Of a stretch of DNA of 64,000 nt, positions 61,478 to 64,000 are shown in pieces. Each line of letters begins with the position of its first letter. The stretch's first letter is position 1. Source of the DNA: Mobula hypostoma (lineage: Eukaryota); contig NC_086097.1 in NCBI RefSeq assembly GCF_963921235.1, forward strand, positions 141,236,001 to 141,300,000, given 5' to 3'. Under the pieces are notes generated by a model. The model was not told where the DNA came from and searched no databases. It saw only the letters and a program-made list of their open reading frames with translations. The position numbers were made by a program, and so were the translations under genes.

Positions 61478-64000
61478 CTTCCTCAGCGTAGAGGTCACAC
61501 GAATCATTTCCGACTCAGCGAATTCGCAGCTTATGCCATAAATGCCATCACCTTTCATCGGATAAAGAAATCTATCCAATTCCACGAAAGTTACCCCATC
61601 AGCCTCATCGACAGTCTATTCATTTACACCCGCCGCTCGAGAACAGTGAATTGGGAGAATATTTGCGCAGGGTACGAGAGCCCAAACTAGATACCATAGA
61701 TTTAAAGTGAGAGGGGAAAGATCTATAAGCAATCTGTGTGGTGGATTCTTCAGGGAAAGGGCGGTGGGCACAGGCAACAAGCTGCCAGAGGAAGAGATAG
61801 AGGCAGGATCCATCGAGAGATTTAAAAGTCATTTGGACATCTACATGGATAAGAAAAGCTCAGAGAAATACCGGTTAAACGCAGGTCAAGCGGACTGGTT
61901 TACGTGGGTAACGTGCTCGGTAAGGACGAGTTAGGCTGAAGGGCCTGATTCTGTGCTGTACAGCTCAATGGCCCTTAGAATTGTTTCAAATCTCTGCACT
62001 GTCGCCAGTCAGACTCCTTTATTCCGTAGAAAACAGTCTCAACATATCCGATCTCTATCACTAAAACCCACCAATATCAAAAACATACTTGTGAAACTTT
62101 TCTGCGTCCTCTCCAATTCAATCACACACAACTAATTAAGCAATAAATACTGAGGAAATGAGGTGAGTATCTTTGACAGTGAGCCCATATGTTGTGGGAA
62201 CATTTCAGTGATGGGTCAAGTGAAGTTACACAATTTGGTTGAAGAGCCTGACTGTGGAGGGGTAATACCTGTTGCTGAACCTGGTGGTGTAGTTCTGAGG
62301 CTCCTGCCCGTACTTCCTGATGGGAGCAGTGAGAGGAGAGCATGATCTGCAATGTGGGGGAGGGGTGGGGTGGGTGGTGTTTCTGATGACGGATGTTGCT
62401 TTCCTTAAAACATCACTTCTTAAAACATTTCCTCACTGTGGATGTAAGTGATACTGGACTTTAGTCATTAAGGCAGGTTACCCTGTTCCTCTGAGGCACC
62501 AGAATCAGAGAAGTCTGATTGAAGCAGATGGGTACATCAGCCAAAGAGACAGGTTAAAGGTCAGTGAACAGTCCAGCCAGTTGATTAACACTGGTCTTCA
62601 GTACTTGGTCAGGTATCCTGTCTGGGCTGGATGATCTTCATGGGTTCATCTTGCAGAAGGCTGCCCGTACATCAGCCTCAGAGACTAAAATCACTCGATG
62701 GTCAGGCGCTGTGAGTGTTTGTGATGGTTCCTCCATGTTTTGATATTCGAAACAAGCATAGAAGGCATTGCGTTCATCTAGAAGTGAGCCCTGTTGTCAC
62801 CTTTGTCACTTGATTTTACTTCATAGGAAGTGATTGCATTCAAGCCATGCCACAACTATTGACGATCCTTTGTTGATTCAGGTTTCGTCTGGCAAATAAG
62901 GAGGCTTTGCCCATAAGGAGCTTTCCAGAGAATGTACCAGGACCTCTTGTAACTTTATTGGTCACCAGACTTGAATGCCTCTGATCTGACCCTCAGCAAA
63001 TAGCTGATTTCATGGTTCATACAAGACATCTGACGGGTGAAGACTCTGAATGAGTTTGTGGGGAGACACTCGTCTACAACTGTTTTTCTAATGTCCATCA
63101 TGTAGGTGGCCAGTGAACCTACATGGTGTAGGTGTATTTATTCAGATCCATAGATCTGTCCTTGAAAACGGCCCAGACCTCTAGAAGGATTTCCATATAG
63201 CAATAAACACTCATATGCCTCCCTCGACCAACTCGTTGTTGTCCTTATCTCTGAAGATTATATCCAGTTCCTTGATTTGCCTCCCTCCTAGCTTGACCTA
63301 TCCCTCATACGGATATTGGCTTTCAGTGAGCCCTCTGAACATACACACCTTGCCTCTGCCATCAATTGAAAGAAAGCTACTATTAAACGAGATAGGATGA
63401 CATCATATTTTCAATATTCATTCCCTTCAGCAACAGATATTCCCTTGGATACTACAGTGGAGGATGGGGGAAGAATGACCTGTCAGTGCACAGCAGCAGC
63501 GGCCAGCCCAGTGGCAGTATGGCCGGCTCTGTGGCTCAGCAGGGAAGGGTAAAATCAGGTAGAGAGATAGTAATAGGAGACTCAGTAATTAGAGATTGGA
63601 CAAGAGATTTGGTGGCAGTTGCAAAGACGCGGAATAGTGTTCTGCCTCCCAAGTGCTATGTTTAACGAGGTCTCAGAGCAGCTGCAAAAGAGGTTGGGTA
63701 ACCAGAAAAAGGCCGAGGGGTACATTGACACTGATGAAATAGGTAAAAACAGGGAAGAGATTTTGCACAGTTAGCATAAGGAGTGCTGGAAGAGGCCACA
63801 GAGCATGTGTAATCTCTGGATTACTCCCAGTTCTGCGTGGTAATTAAGGCAGAAGTAGGATGAATGAGTGGCTGACGATCTGGTGTAGTGGCAGGGTTTC
63901 AGATTTTTGGATCATTGGGATCTTATCTAGGGAAGATGTGTCTTGTACAAAAAGGATCGGTTAAACCTGAACCCAATGGGGGTTAATATCTTTGCGAGTA

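Larger units (their letters stand above)
57864..64000 (+). repeat. V-less unit (V deleted at about 59200) followed by the V6 unit
   Basis: Anchor and upstream blocks present; junction skips the V gene; V6 promoter joined at about 60705. Confidence 0.7.

Noticed and set aside
1-64000. J, D or C segments
   Set aside because: By eye I found no FGxG J motif with a 12-RSS and no C-domain exon; a scan could still reveal degenerate ones.

Overview
Vertebrate DNA from a cartilaginous fish, probably a ray/batoid (inferred from repeat types, not verified). The window is part of a T-cell receptor gamma (TRG) V-segment array built by tandem segmental duplication. There are four intact V genes (ATG at 533, 4446, 31611, 61015), each with a 40-nt leader exon, 84-nt intron, 300-nt V exon ending YYCAYWD and a 23-bp-spacer RSS. 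Two pseudogenes (ATG at 23194 and 48267) share one internal deletion that removes most of the V exon and the RSS; the second also carries a full-length L1 in its intron. Two further duplicated units have lost their V gene. No J or C segments were seen. The rest is layered transposon debris: CR1, Rex1/Babar, L1, Ty3/gypsy, solo LTRs with minisatellites, V-SINE, a hAT MITE and Penelope-like pieces, many with readable target-site duplications. Main points of interest: germline diversity concentrated in CDR2 and the HV4/DE-loop region while FR2 and the CDR3-proximal codons are invariant, patchwork ancestry among the V genes, and one structurally complete minimal hammerhead ribozyme. V1-V6 are my positional labels. 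Coordinates of old repeats are approximate; coordinates of V genes, RSS and TSD-bounded elements were counted from the sequence.
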